A stretch of DNA of 61,251 bases, the filler included. It is 6 parts of 6 records of this genome, joined end to end, with 100 filler letters (N's around TTAATTAATTAA, not from the genome) between each part and the next. Parts side by side here need not be neighbours in the genome. Positions count along the whole stretch, not along the records: positions 1 to 16,731 come from SRR31156797_8205; 5 more parts are not named here. One strand, written 5' to 3'. Below the pieces are notes generated by a model. That model was given only the letters and a program-made list of their open reading frames with translations, was not told the origin of the DNA and searched no databases. Numbering within the stretch: position 1 is the first letter of the stretch; each line of letters opens with the position of its first letter. Below are positions 1 through 8,781 of the stretch, piece by piece. The position numbers and the translations under genes were made by a program.

Positions 1-957
1 CCACATCATCCATCCGCAGGTGGTGAAATAGAAGATTCTGTCTTCACGTTTCAAGTCCGCATGGAGCAGCAGCTCTTTCATGTGATGAATTAGAATGCCT
101 CCCGTGCTTTGGACCATGCATTTTGGAAGCCCCGTTGTGCCGGAGGTAAACATGATATACAGGGGGTGATCTGCGGGAAGTTGTTCAAACTGAATTTCCG
201 TGGGGTTATGGTTGGATTTGATTTCATTGTAGGCGACGGCATTGGGAACATGGCTGATATGGGGGTTTTCCTGCACATAGGGAACAACGATGACCTTTTC
301 GATGGAGGGCAGGTCCTTTAATATATCCGCCACCCGGGCCAGGGAATCCAATTCTTTCCCTTTGAAGAGATACCCATCGGCGGTAAACAGAACTTTGGGC
401 TTGATCTGACCGAAGCGGTCCAGTACGCCCTTGATGCCGAAATCCGGTGAACAGGAGGACCATGCGGCGCCAAGGCTGGTGGCCGCCAGCATGGCAACAA
501 TGGTCTGCGGCATGTTGGGCATAAAGCCCGCCACGCGATCATCGGGGCCAACGCCCAACTCCTTGAGGTACTGGGCCAGTTGAGACACCTCATCATAGAG
601 TTCCGCATAGGTTATTTGAACCGTATCACGGCTTTCGCCTTTGAAGATGAGGGCCGCTTGGTTGTCCCGGTAGCGGAGAAGGTTTTCCGCAAAATTAAGC
701 TTCGCGCCCTGGAACCATTGGGTGCCGGGCATTTTTGTGAGGTCATCCACCACCTGTTCGTAGGGTTGAGAGGCCTTGATTTGGGCAAAATCCCACATGG
801 ATGCCCAGAACTCGGGTATATTTTCAATGGACCATTGGTAGAGCCGGTCATAATCCTCAAAATCTTTGTCGAATCTTTCGTTGATGACCCCCATGAACTT
901 GTAGATGTTGGTACTTTTGACCCGTTCTTCCGATGGTTGCCATAACAATTTGCCCAT
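1..957 (-). CDS. Acetoacetate--CoA ligase (acetoacetyl-CoA synthetase), N-terminal part; runs off the window edge
   Basis: Not in the ORF track. Manual translation from the ATG at 957 gives MGKLLWQPSEERVKSTNIYKF...WSSCSPDFG...YIMFTSGTTGLPKCMVQ...FTTCGWMMW, containing the AMP-binding motif and signatures of this family. GGAG RBS upstream. Confidence 0.9.
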   Translation of the reverse strand, partial: MGKLLWQPSEERVKSTNIYKFMGVINERFDKDFEDYDRLYQWSIENIPEFWASMWDFAQIKASQPYEQVVDDLTKMPGTQWFQGAKLNFAENLLRYRDNQAALIFKGESRDTVQITYAELYDEVSQLAQYLKELGVGPDDRVAGFMPNMPQTIVAMLAATSLGAAWSSCSPDFGIKGVLDRFGQIKPKVLFTADGYLFKGKELDSLARVADILKDLPSIEKVIVVPYVQENPHISHVPNAVAYNEIKSNHNPTEIQFEQLPADHPLYIMFTSGTTGLPKCMVQSTGGILIHHMKELLLHADLKREDRIFYFTTCGWMMW

Positions 958-1052
958 TTTTCACTCCTTCCGCAGTCTAATAATATTAACCGTAAACGAC
1001 TTTATTGTTTTCTATATCACTAACTAAAGCGGTTTTCAAAAGAAACTGTACC

Positions 1053-1943
1053 CTATTTTGAATTTGGCGGTGCGCCACCATTCAGCGATTCCAGTGCAAG
1101 AAAAAGGGCGTGCGTGCCTGAACGGGCATGCCCCTGTGCTTTTACCGCCAGATACAGTTGCTGTACCAGGGCAAGCCCCGGCAAAGACAACCCGATCTTT
1201 TCGGCTTCCTTGAGTGCGATTCCCATGTCTTTGATAAAATGCTCAACGAAAAATCCGGGGCCGAAGTTGCCTTTTACGATCCGAGGTCCCAGATTGCTGA
1301 CGGACCATGACCCGGCGGCGCCTGTTTCGACAATATCGATGACTTGCTGCATATCCAGCCCCTGCCGGTGCGCATACAGAAGTGCTTCGCAGACGCCGAT
1401 CATGGTTCCCGCCACCAGGATCTGGTTGGCCATTTTGGTGTGCTGTCCCTTGCCCGGCGCCCCCATGTATGAAATATTTTGCCCCATGATTTCAAAGAGG
1501 GGCAGTACCGTTTCATAAACATCTTTTTTCCCGCCGACCATGATGGCAAGTTTTGCCTCTTTTGCACCCACATCACCGCCTGAAACGGGCGCATCGAGAC
1601 TTTCGATCCCCAATTCCGCCGCTTTCTCATGGATGGTTCGGGCAAGACTCGGCTGGCTGGTGGTCATATCGACAATGATTTTGCAGGTTGCCTTTGGGTG
1701 AAGAATCCCCCTTCTCCCCATAAAAATGTCACGAACATCTTCAGGATATCCAACAATGGAAAAAACGATTTCTGAATTGGATGCCACTTCAGCGGGGGAA
1801 TCATACCACGTGGCCCCATTGTTCAACAGTGCCTGTGCCCGTTTTTTGGAACGGGTAAAAACAGACATATCATGTTCCGCTTTCTGAAGGTGCCCCGCCA
1901 TGGATGCGCCCATTACGCCTGTTCCGATCCAGCCTATTTTCAT
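1053..1943 (-). CDS. NAD(P)-dependent oxidoreductase, 3-hydroxyisobutyrate dehydrogenase/beta-hydroxyacid dehydrogenase family
   Basis: MKIGWIGTGVMG Rossmann motif, DAPVSGGDVGA, KMANQ and FIKDM motifs. Start moved to 1943, downstream of an AAGGAG RBS. Confidence 0.9.
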   Translation of the reverse strand: MKIGWIGTGVMGASMAGHLQKAEHDMSVFTRSKKRAQALLNNGATWYDSPAEVASNSEIVFSIVGYPEDVRDIFMGRRGILHPKATCKIIVDMTTSQPSLARTIHEKAAELGIESLDAPVSGGDVGAKEAKLAIMVGGKKDVYETVLPLFEIMGQNISYMGAPGKGQHTKMANQILVAGTMIGVCEALLYAHRQGLDMQQVIDIVETGAAGSWSVSNLGPRIVKGNFGPGFFVEHFIKDMGIALKEAEKIGLSLPGLALVQQLYLAVKAQGHARSGTHALFLALESLNGGAPPNSK

Positions 1944-2109
1944 TATCGTCATGCTCCTTATATTTTTTGTGCTTTTCTTAGTACCGCCTAGTGTGTATCC
2001 TGTCATATAAATTCAAGCCTTTAATGTCAAATAAATCTCTTTAAAGATTCTTTATGGGTTGCTCGTTGTAAAGAGAGGGACCCGGTAAGGGTGAAAGGGG
2101 AAAATACCC

Positions 2110-2349
2110 ATGAAAACGGCTACTTTTTTTCTTATGATACTGTTCGCTCTTCCTATTTCAGGGAAAACGGCCATCTTAAACATCGATAGGGGGGGCAAAA
2201 GTCCCGTCACCTATGATAAGGAAATCAGGACACAGCTTTCCGAAAACGGGAAATCCGAGGAGGATCCTTCCACCGATGACGGCGAAGATCTCAGGGATGG
2301 GGACAGTGATTCCAACAGCAATGACGACAGCGATAAAGATGACGGTTGA
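2110..2349 (+). CDS. Small hypothetical secreted protein with acidic tail
   Basis: Signal-peptide-like N-terminus, D/E-rich C-terminus, AGGGG RBS upstream. Confidence 0.45.
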   Translation: MKTATFFLMILFALPISGKTAILNIDRGGKSPVTYDKEIRTQLSENGKSEEDPSTDDGEDLRDGDSDSNSNDDSDKDDG

Positions 2350-2729
2350 TGTGAAACCGCTTCTTAACTAATCGGAATTTAAGGAATAACTTAAAAAAAT
2401 ATGTGTAGTTTATGGTTTAACCGCGATTTACTTGTATTGACATTCTCTTCTGAATCTGCTTTAAATCCTCCATTTTTATCAGCTCTTTCTGAACATTTTG
2501 TAAAAAGGGACGTTTCATAGCCGTATGTCTCAAATCACCTCCTTGAAAATCCAAGTTTTTTAGTGCCTGCAGGCTCCAACAAATTTCAAAAAGCTTAAAT
2601 GTTTTGAACTTTTCAGAAAAGGGCCTAATCGGAGTTGGTAAAAGAATTACCTGGTTTATGGGTTGTGGAGCAATAGATATCAGAGAAAGAAGTCATTTTT
2701 TATCGTTATACTGGGAGAGTATAAACAAA

Positions 2730-5333
2730 ATGCCAATACATATTGTTAATATCGGCACCTCTGATACGAATGGAGGTGCCGCAAGAGCCATGTACCGTTT
2801 GCACCACGGTCTCAATCAATTGGGTTGTGTCAGTAAAATTGTTTCGCGGGATCAAAAAAGAGGAAATGATTACGCCTTTCACATGGTTCCAGACAACCCT
2901 GATCGGGAAGAGAAACAAAACTTTTTGAGTTCTATTATCCAGGCATTCTATGTGGATTCCAATCGAACAGTGCTGAGCAATACACTTTTTTCATTTTATA
3001 AACCGGGTTTTGACTTGGCCCAGTCCGACATAATCCGTTCCGCGGACATTATCCATTTACATTGGATTATAGGGGCTCTCACACCGAAGGCTATTCACGA
3101 GCTGCTTTTACTTGAAAAACCGGTTGTTTGGACGTTACACGATCAATGGGCCTTTACCGGGGGGTGCCACTATTCGGCCGGATGCATGAAATATTATTTG
3201 GATTGCAAAAATTGTCCACAACTGGAAAAGGATCCGTTTAAAATAACAGAAGCGATCCTTAAAGATAAAAAAGAGCTTTTTGAAAGTCCTTTCTTGACCA
3301 TTGTTGCCCCTAGTCGGTGGATAGCTGATTGTGCTGCGAAAAGTAGCGTGTTTAAAAACCATCGGATCGAATTAATCCCAAATTCCATTGAAACCGACAT
3401 CTTTTCCCCATTGCCAAAAATAACCGCAAAAAAAATGTTTGGAATCGAACCGGAATGCAAAACAATTCTAATTTGCGCCTTTCAAAGTAACGAGAAGAGG
3501 AAAGGTTTTTCTGAATTTTCATCAGCGATTAATTATGCCGTGTCAAAGCCGGAATTTCGACGAATGGTTAAAGAACAAGATGTGAAAGTGCTGTTTTTCG
3601 GAGAATTAAATTCCGAATTGGACGGCATGGACCTACCGGTCAAGGCGTTGGGCTTTCTTGATTCAGATGAGAAAATCCGTGCCGCCTATACATCTGCTGA
3701 TCTTTTTGTGCTTCCATCGCTAGAGGATAACTTGCCGAATACGATGCTTGAGGCCATGAGCTGCGGAACACCTATCATTGCATTTTCTACTGGTGGAATA
3801 CCTGAAGCCCTAACGGATGGGGTTAACGGATTACTTGTTCCGGTGGGGGATTTTCGACAATTAGGTGATGCTATTATTTCTCTCTTGAATAACGAAACTC
3901 TTAGAGCAGAAATGGGTGAACGTTGTCGTGAAAAGGCTTTGAAATACTATCCATTAAATGTTCAGGCGGGTCATCATATTTCCCTGTATCAGGATTTGCT
4001 TTCAGTCGACCGACTCTCTTCAGTTGGAAGCAACACGCAGCCAAGAATAACATCCTACTCCGACATTTCTTTTTCCGGTAATTATTCAGTTCCACTGAAC
4101 ACATCCATCGGTTCCCGGTCCGATCTTCTTTTTGATGCCGTATTGCATGAGTCATTAAAGGCTTTAGATACCAACCGGAGCGCATTGATTCAACAGGTCC
4201 GCATTAAGGAAACGGAAATTCAAGAGCTGAAAAAGGTTGCTGACGAGCGACTTCAAATTATGACGGATCTCTCGACAAAACTTGAAAATGTCCATATGGT
4301 TTATGAAAAAGAACTGAATTTATTAGAATCCATAGCAGAAAAAAGAAGACTATGTATTGAGGAATTAGAAAAATATATAAATACCGTAACTTTCGAAAAT
4401 AAGAAAAAAACAAGAAGGAGATTGAAAGATTGGCATAGGTATCAGCGTTTCAGCACTTTTCTTGAACCTCGTTTAGGCGTTTTTAAACAGTATCCACCGA
4501 GACCGCTTCATTTACCCAAAAGTTATTCACATATTACCTGGGACGAAAAATATCCTTCTATCAGTATTGTGACGCCATCATTAAACCAGGGGGCTTTTAT
4601 TGAACGAACAATCAAAAGTGTGATTGATCAGAACTATCCTTACCTGGAATATCAAATAGTTGATGGTGGTTCGGAAGACGGAACCATTGAAATCCTACAA
4701 AAATTTGACAAACCCTTTTTTCTCTGGAAATCCGAAAAGGATAATGGGCAATCAAATGCATTAAATATTGGGTTTAGAAACTCAACTGGAGAAATAATGG
4801 CATATCTGAATTCAGATGACATGCTGCTGCCGGGAAGCCTACATTACATTGCGGCCTTTTTTTTTAATAATCCTGATATTGATGTTGTCTATGGCCATCG
4901 TGTTGTGGTCAATGAGTACGACTTAGAAGTGGGGCGTTGGGTGATTCCGGAACATGATGCATCAATATTAAGCTGGGCTGATTATATCCCCCAGGAGACA
5001 CTCTTTTGGCGAAGAAAGATCTGGGAGAAGGCGGGTGAATTTATAGATGAAGAATTCAAGTTTGCAATGGACTGGGATCTTCTCTTACGGTTCCGGGATG
5101 CAGGGGCAAGATTCAAGCGGGTCCCACGGTTTTTAGGGACTTTCCGTATCCATTCGCAACAGAAAACCTCCAAAGAGATCGAAACAAAAGGGGAGAGGGA
5201 GATGCAACAATTGAGAAAAAGGTGTAACGGTCATCAAGTTACCTATCAGGAAGTAAATAAAAATATCCGCTACTATTTAAACTCACATATTATTTTGAAT
5301 AAACTGTATCGTGCGGGAATTTTGCATTATTGA
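2730..5333 (+). CDS. Fused glycosyltransferase: GT4 domain, coiled-coil linker, GT2 domain
   Basis: GGAARAM..LH, DIIHLHW, VWTLHD and EDNLPNTMLEAMSCG (GT4); ISIVTPSLNQG, VDGGSED, YLNSDD and AMDWDL (GT2). The ATG at 2730 is preferred over the TTG at 2604. Confidence 0.85.
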   Translation: MPIHIVNIGTSDTNGGAARAMYRLHHGLNQLGCVSKIVSRDQKRGNDYAFHMVPDNPDREEKQNFLSSIIQAFYVDSNRTVLSNTLFSFYKPGFDLAQSDIIRSADIIHLHWIIGALTPKAIHELLLLEKPVVWTLHDQWAFTGGCHYSAGCMKYYLDCKNCPQLEKDPFKITEAILKDKKELFESPFLTIVAPSRWIADCAAKSSVFKNHRIELIPNSIETDIFSPLPKITAKKMFGIEPECKTILICAFQSNEKRKGFSEFSSAINYAVSKPEFRRMVKEQDVKVLFFGELNSELDGMDLPVKALGFLDSDEKIRAAYTSADLFVLPSLEDNLPNTMLEAMSCGTPIIAFSTGGIPEALTDGVNGLLVPVGDFRQLGDAIISLLNNETLRAEMGERCREKALKYYPLNVQAGHHISLYQDLLSVDRLSSVGSNTQPRITSYSDISFSGNYSVPLNTSIGSRSDLLFDAVLHESLKALDTNRSALIQQVRIKETEIQELKKVADERLQIMTDLSTKLENVHMVYEKELNLLESIAEKRRLCIEELEKYINTVTFENKKKTRRRLKDWHRYQRFSTFLEPRLGVFKQYPPRPLHLPKSYSHITWDEKYPSISIVTPSLNQGAFIERTIKSVIDQNYPYLEYQIVDGGSEDGTIEILQKFDKPFFLWKSEKDNGQSNALNIGFRNSTGEIMAYLNSDDMLLPGSLHYIAAFFFNNPDIDVVYGHRVVVNEYDLEVGRWVIPEHDASILSWADYIPQETLFWRRKIWEKAGEFIDEEFKFAMDWDLLLRFRDAGARFKRVPRFLGTFRIHSQQKTSKEIETKGEREMQQLRKRCNGHQVTYQEVNKNIRYYLNSHIILNKLYRAGILHY

Positions 5334-5371
5334 ACTGTGAAGAGGAACCGAAAAATCGTATTTGTGCACAA

Positions 5372-5411
5372 GAAAAAAGGGCTACGGTAAATTCCGTAGC
5401 CCCTTGATTTT
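5372..5411. terminator. Bidirectional intrinsic terminator between the GT gene and tRNA-Val
   Basis: GGGCTACGG-taaatt-CCGTAGCCC hairpin flanked by A-rich and T-rich runs, between convergent genes. Confidence 0.7.
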
Positions 5412-5413
5412 GC

Positions 5414-5488
5414 TGGTGGGCGGTCGGGGATTTGAACCCCGGACTTCCACCGTGTGAGGATGGCACTCTCCCACTGAGTTAACCGCCC
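5414..5488 (-). tRNA. tRNA-Val (anticodon CAC)
   Basis: The reverse complement GGGCGGTTAACTCAGTGGGAGAGTGCCATCCTCACACGGTGGAAGTCCGGGGTTCAAATCCCCGACCGCCCACCA folds as a cloverleaf with a GTTCAAATC T-loop and encoded CCA. Confidence 0.95.
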
Positions 5489-5561
5489 GATCTTGTTTCA
5501 GGCTCGTAAGCCCCGAAAACTGGCCCAAGATACATTATTCATTTGAGGCTGTAAATAAAAA

Positions 5562-6449
5562 TCATTCCATCTTCGCCATTTTTTTCAGTTCCAGGAGTTC
5601 CCGTGAATCAAGATATCGGTAATGACCGATTTTCAAGTCCCCGAGACGCAGCGTTCCAAACCCGGTTCGGATCAGATGGATCACCTGGAACCCCACTTCC
5701 TCCAGCATGCGCCGAACCTGCCGGGACTTTCCCTGGGTAATGGTCATCCTCAGGGTGCTCTTTTCGTTGTTTCGGGTGATGAGATCGGTTCTGGCCCGTC
5801 CGGCCGGTCCGTCATTCAGGGTGACGCCCTGTTGCAGTCGTTTCAATGCCTCATCGGTTATGGCCCCCGGAACCGTTACCTTGTAGGTCTTTGGGACGTG
5901 AAATCGCGGATGGGTGAGGCGGTGGGCGAATTCTCCGTCATTGGTGAGAAGCAGAAGACCGAGGGTGTCAAAGTCGAGCCGACCGACGGTGTATACGCGG
6001 ATGTTAATGTCTTTGATCAGGTCCGTGACCAGGGGTCTTCCTTCCGGGTCATTCAGGGAACAGATGTAGCCGAAGGGCTTGTTCAGCATCAGATAATGTT
6101 TCAAAGGGGGCAATGGGATTTTCCGTCCGTCCACACGAATATCATCCTGTCCCCAGAATGCCGTTGCGCCCAGTGCCTTGACCGGTTTTCCGTTAACGAC
6201 GATTCTGCCGCTGAGGATCCATTGATCGGCTTTTCGCCTCGACGTCAATCCCGCTGAAGACAATATACGGTTGAGCCGCCAGGGTTCTTCAGGGCTAAAG
6301 GGTTTTCCGGGAGGCGAAAGGGGGGGGGATACGATTTCCCTTTCAGGACGGGGGTTCCTTGATCTAGGCGTCTGTTTAGCTCTTTTCTTCCGGTACGGTT
6401 GATGCTTCCGGGGTTTTGTTTTCGTGGGTCTGGGTTGCTTGGGCTTCAC
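5562..6449 (-). CDS. rluB: rRNA pseudouridine synthase (RluB/RsuA family) with S4 domain
   Basis: RLNRILSSAG..SRRKAD S4 domain, GRLDFDTLGLLLLTNDG catalytic motif, position after scpAB. Confidence 0.85.
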   Translation of the reverse strand: MKPKQPRPTKTKPRKHQPYRKKRAKQTPRSRNPRPEREIVSPPLSPPGKPFSPEEPWRLNRILSSAGLTSRRKADQWILSGRIVVNGKPVKALGATAFWGQDDIRVDGRKIPLPPLKHYLMLNKPFGYICSLNDPEGRPLVTDLIKDINIRVYTVGRLDFDTLGLLLLTNDGEFAHRLTHPRFHVPKTYKVTVPGAITDEALKRLQQGVTLNDGPAGRARTDLITRNNEKSTLRMTITQGKSRQVRRMLEEVGFQVIHLIRTGFGTLRLGDLKIGHYRYLDSRELLELKKMAKME

Positions 6450-7008
6450 CGATTCCGAACTCCTTTATTTCTTTCAATTTGGGAAGGGATTCAAGATTGT
6501 TGAGATCGAAGACTTCCAGAAACTTCCGGGTGGTTCCGTAAATCAACGGCCGGCCGGGAAGGTGTTTTCGGCCCATGATCCTGATCAGGTTCTTTTCCAG
6601 AAGTGTTCTCAGGATTCCGCCGGTATCCACACCCCTGAATTGTTCGATTTCCTGTCGAATCACCGGTTGTTTGTAGGCGATGATCGCCAGGGTTTCCATG
6701 GCGGCAGGGGATAACCTGGCCGAAGACCGCTTTGTCATCCTGAGCACATAGGGGGCATAATCCGGCTTCGTCCTGATTTGATACCCCTGGGCCACCTCCT
6801 TGAGCGAAAAGCTTCGGTCCATGGCTTCATATTCCTGTCCGAGTATTTCCAGGGTTTCCACAATTTCAGACAATTCCCTGTTGGGCAGGACCCCTTGAAT
6901 GTCACGAACCATCAGCGGTTTTTCAGCGGCGAACAGAAGGGATTCGATAATCAATTTAAGTTGTTTTCCCATCCTCAACCCTGTAAGCGGACGGATTGCC
7001 TTCATCAA
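6376..7008 (-). CDS. scpB: SMC-Scp complex subunit ScpB
   Basis: IIESLLFAA, LSPAAMETLAIIAYKQP, RGVD, GRPLIYGTT..FLEVF. The true start may be slightly downstream (MGKQLK). Confidence 0.92.
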   Translation of the reverse strand: MMKAIRPLTGLRMGKQLKLIIESLLFAAEKPLMVRDIQGVLPNRELSEIVETLEILGQEYEAMDRSFSLKEVAQGYQIRTKPDYAPYVLRMTKRSSARLSPAAMETLAIIAYKQPVIRQEIEQFRGVDTGGILRTLLEKNLIRIMGRKHLPGRPLIYGTTRKFLEVFDLNNLESLPKLKEIKEFGIGEAQATQTHENKTPEASTVPEEKS

Positions 7009-7708
7009 AGCAGGCTGAAAGGTGGATTCGACTTTGTTGCGAAGGCTGAAACACCCTGATCAATCCCATGTGGACCAGTTCCAGAAGGGCGAGAAAGGTG
7101 ACCACCAATTCCGACAACCCCTGGTTTCCCGTGAAGATTTCTTCAAAAAAAATATCGGGCTTTTCCCTCAGCAGGGCAATGATGTTCTCAACTTTATCCT
7201 TCACTGACCATTTTTCCAGCGAAACCGTGATATTCCCATTGGACTTGCCAAGGGCCACCACACGACGGAATGCATCTATCAGTTGAAAAAGAGTTACATC
7301 CGGTTTGGGCGCCATGTCCGGATATTCATCAAAAGAAGTGACATGGCTCCTTTTAAAGACATCTCTGCCCAGAATTTCCCGCTCCGAAAGTTCTTTCGCC
7401 ATGTCCTTGAGTTGCATATACTCCAGAAGCGGTCTGGCAATTTCAAGGCGGGGGTCCTCCTCTTCATCCCCTTCATTCCGGCTCGGCAGCAGCATTCTGG
7501 ATTTAATGTGAATGAGGGTGGCCGCCATTACCAGGAAATCCCCGGCAATGCTCATTTCCAGGGATTTCATCAGCTCCAGGTATTCAAGATACTGCTCCGT
7601 GATGGTTGAAATGGGAATGTCAAAGATATCCACCTCGTTTTTATGAATCAAATGGATCAAAAGGTCCAGGGGACCCTCGAACATTTCCAGTTTGACTTTA
7701 TAGTCCAT
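6956..7708 (-). CDS. scpA: Segregation and condensation protein ScpA
   Basis: FEGPLDLLIHLI, FLVMAATLIHIKSRMLLP, VVTFLALLEL. Confidence 0.93.
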   Translation of the reverse strand: MDYKVKLEMFEGPLDLLIHLIHKNEVDIFDIPISTITEQYLEYLELMKSLEMSIAGDFLVMAATLIHIKSRMLLPSRNEGDEEEDPRLEIARPLLEYMQLKDMAKELSEREILGRDVFKRSHVTSFDEYPDMAPKPDVTLFQLIDAFRRVVALGKSNGNITVSLEKWSVKDKVENIIALLREKPDIFFEEIFTGNQGLSELVVTFLALLELVHMGLIRVFQPSQQSRIHLSACFDEGNPSAYRVEDGKTT

Positions 7709-7737
7709 CTTCCCATTTAGAGAGAACTGTCCAAGGG

Positions 7738-8742
7738 TTAGACTTTCACCGCCTCCCTCACCTGGGCCATGGTTTCTCTGGCAATGGATCGGGCGCGCTC
7801 GTTGCCGTTATGAACGATCTCCCTGACCTTATCCAATCGGGATTCCAGTTCCTTTCTTTTGGCCTTTACGGGAGCGAGCCCCTCTTTGAGGCCTTCGGCC
7901 ATCATTTTTTTGCACTGGACGCATCCTATTTCAGCCGATTTGCACCCGGTGTGAATCTCTTCGCAGGTGTTTTTGTCGGTATAGATTTCATGAAAGGAAA
8001 AAACATTGCAAATGTCCGGATCTCCAGGATCTGTTTTCCTTGCCCGTTGAGGATCCGTAATCATTTGTCCCACCTTGCTGTCGATTTCCTTATCCGTGTC
8101 CGTGAGGAAAATGGCATTGCCGTAGCTCTTGCTCATTTTCCTGCGATCCATGCCCAGGATCTTTGATGTGGGGGCAAGTAAGATTTTGGGGACGGGAAAT
8201 ATCTCTTCATATATGTGGTTGAATCGCCGGGCAATTTCTCGTGTCAGCTCCACATGGGGCGCTTGGTCTTCCCCCACCGGAACCCCGATGGCCTTGTACA
8301 TCAATATATCCGCGGCCTGAAGTACCGGGTAACCCAGGAAACCATAGGTGAAAAGATCCTTATGGCTCAGTTCCTTCAACTGTTCCTTGTAGGTGGGATT
8401 TCGCTCCAGCCAGGGCAGCGGGGTGAGCATGGAAAAGAGCAGATAGAGTTCCGCATGCTCCTTGATATGAGATTGAATGAAAAATGTGGATTGTTCCGGG
8501 TCGAGTCCCACGGAAATCCAATCCATGATAATTTCATAGGTGCTCTCCCTGATGATGTCCGTATGGGCATAATCACTGGTCAGCGCGTGCCAGTCCGCAA
8601 TAAAATAGAAACATTGAAATTCTTCCTGAAGCTTTTTCCAGTTTAGCAGTGCACCGCGCAAATGTCCGAGATGCAGTTTGCCGGTGGGTCTCATGCCGCT
8701 TACGATTTTCCCTTTTGCCATTCCCTCTTGTTCCCCTTTCAT
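7738..8742 (-). CDS. trpS: Tryptophan--tRNA ligase
   Basis: SGMRPTGKLHLGH (HIGH), YPVLQAADIL, KMSKS. Confidence 0.96.
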   Translation of the reverse strand: MKGEQEGMAKGKIVSGMRPTGKLHLGHLRGALLNWKKLQEEFQCFYFIADWHALTSDYAHTDIIRESTYEIIMDWISVGLDPEQSTFFIQSHIKEHAELYLLFSMLTPLPWLERNPTYKEQLKELSHKDLFTYGFLGYPVLQAADILMYKAIGVPVGEDQAPHVELTREIARRFNHIYEEIFPVPKILLAPTSKILGMDRRKMSKSYGNAIFLTDTDKEIDSKVGQMITDPQRARKTDPGDPDICNVFSFHEIYTDKNTCEEIHTGCKSAEIGCVQCKKMMAEGLKEGLAPVKAKRKELESRLDKVREIVHNGNERARSIARETMAQVREAVKV

Positions 8743-8781
8743 ACTGGGCTGTCTAATCCATTTGAGTCATTGAATTTTTCG

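Noticed and set aside
90-945. Several short ORFs in the ORF track
   Set aside because: They are off-frame or antisense shadows of the acetoacetate-CoA ligase, which the track missed because it lacks a stop in the window.
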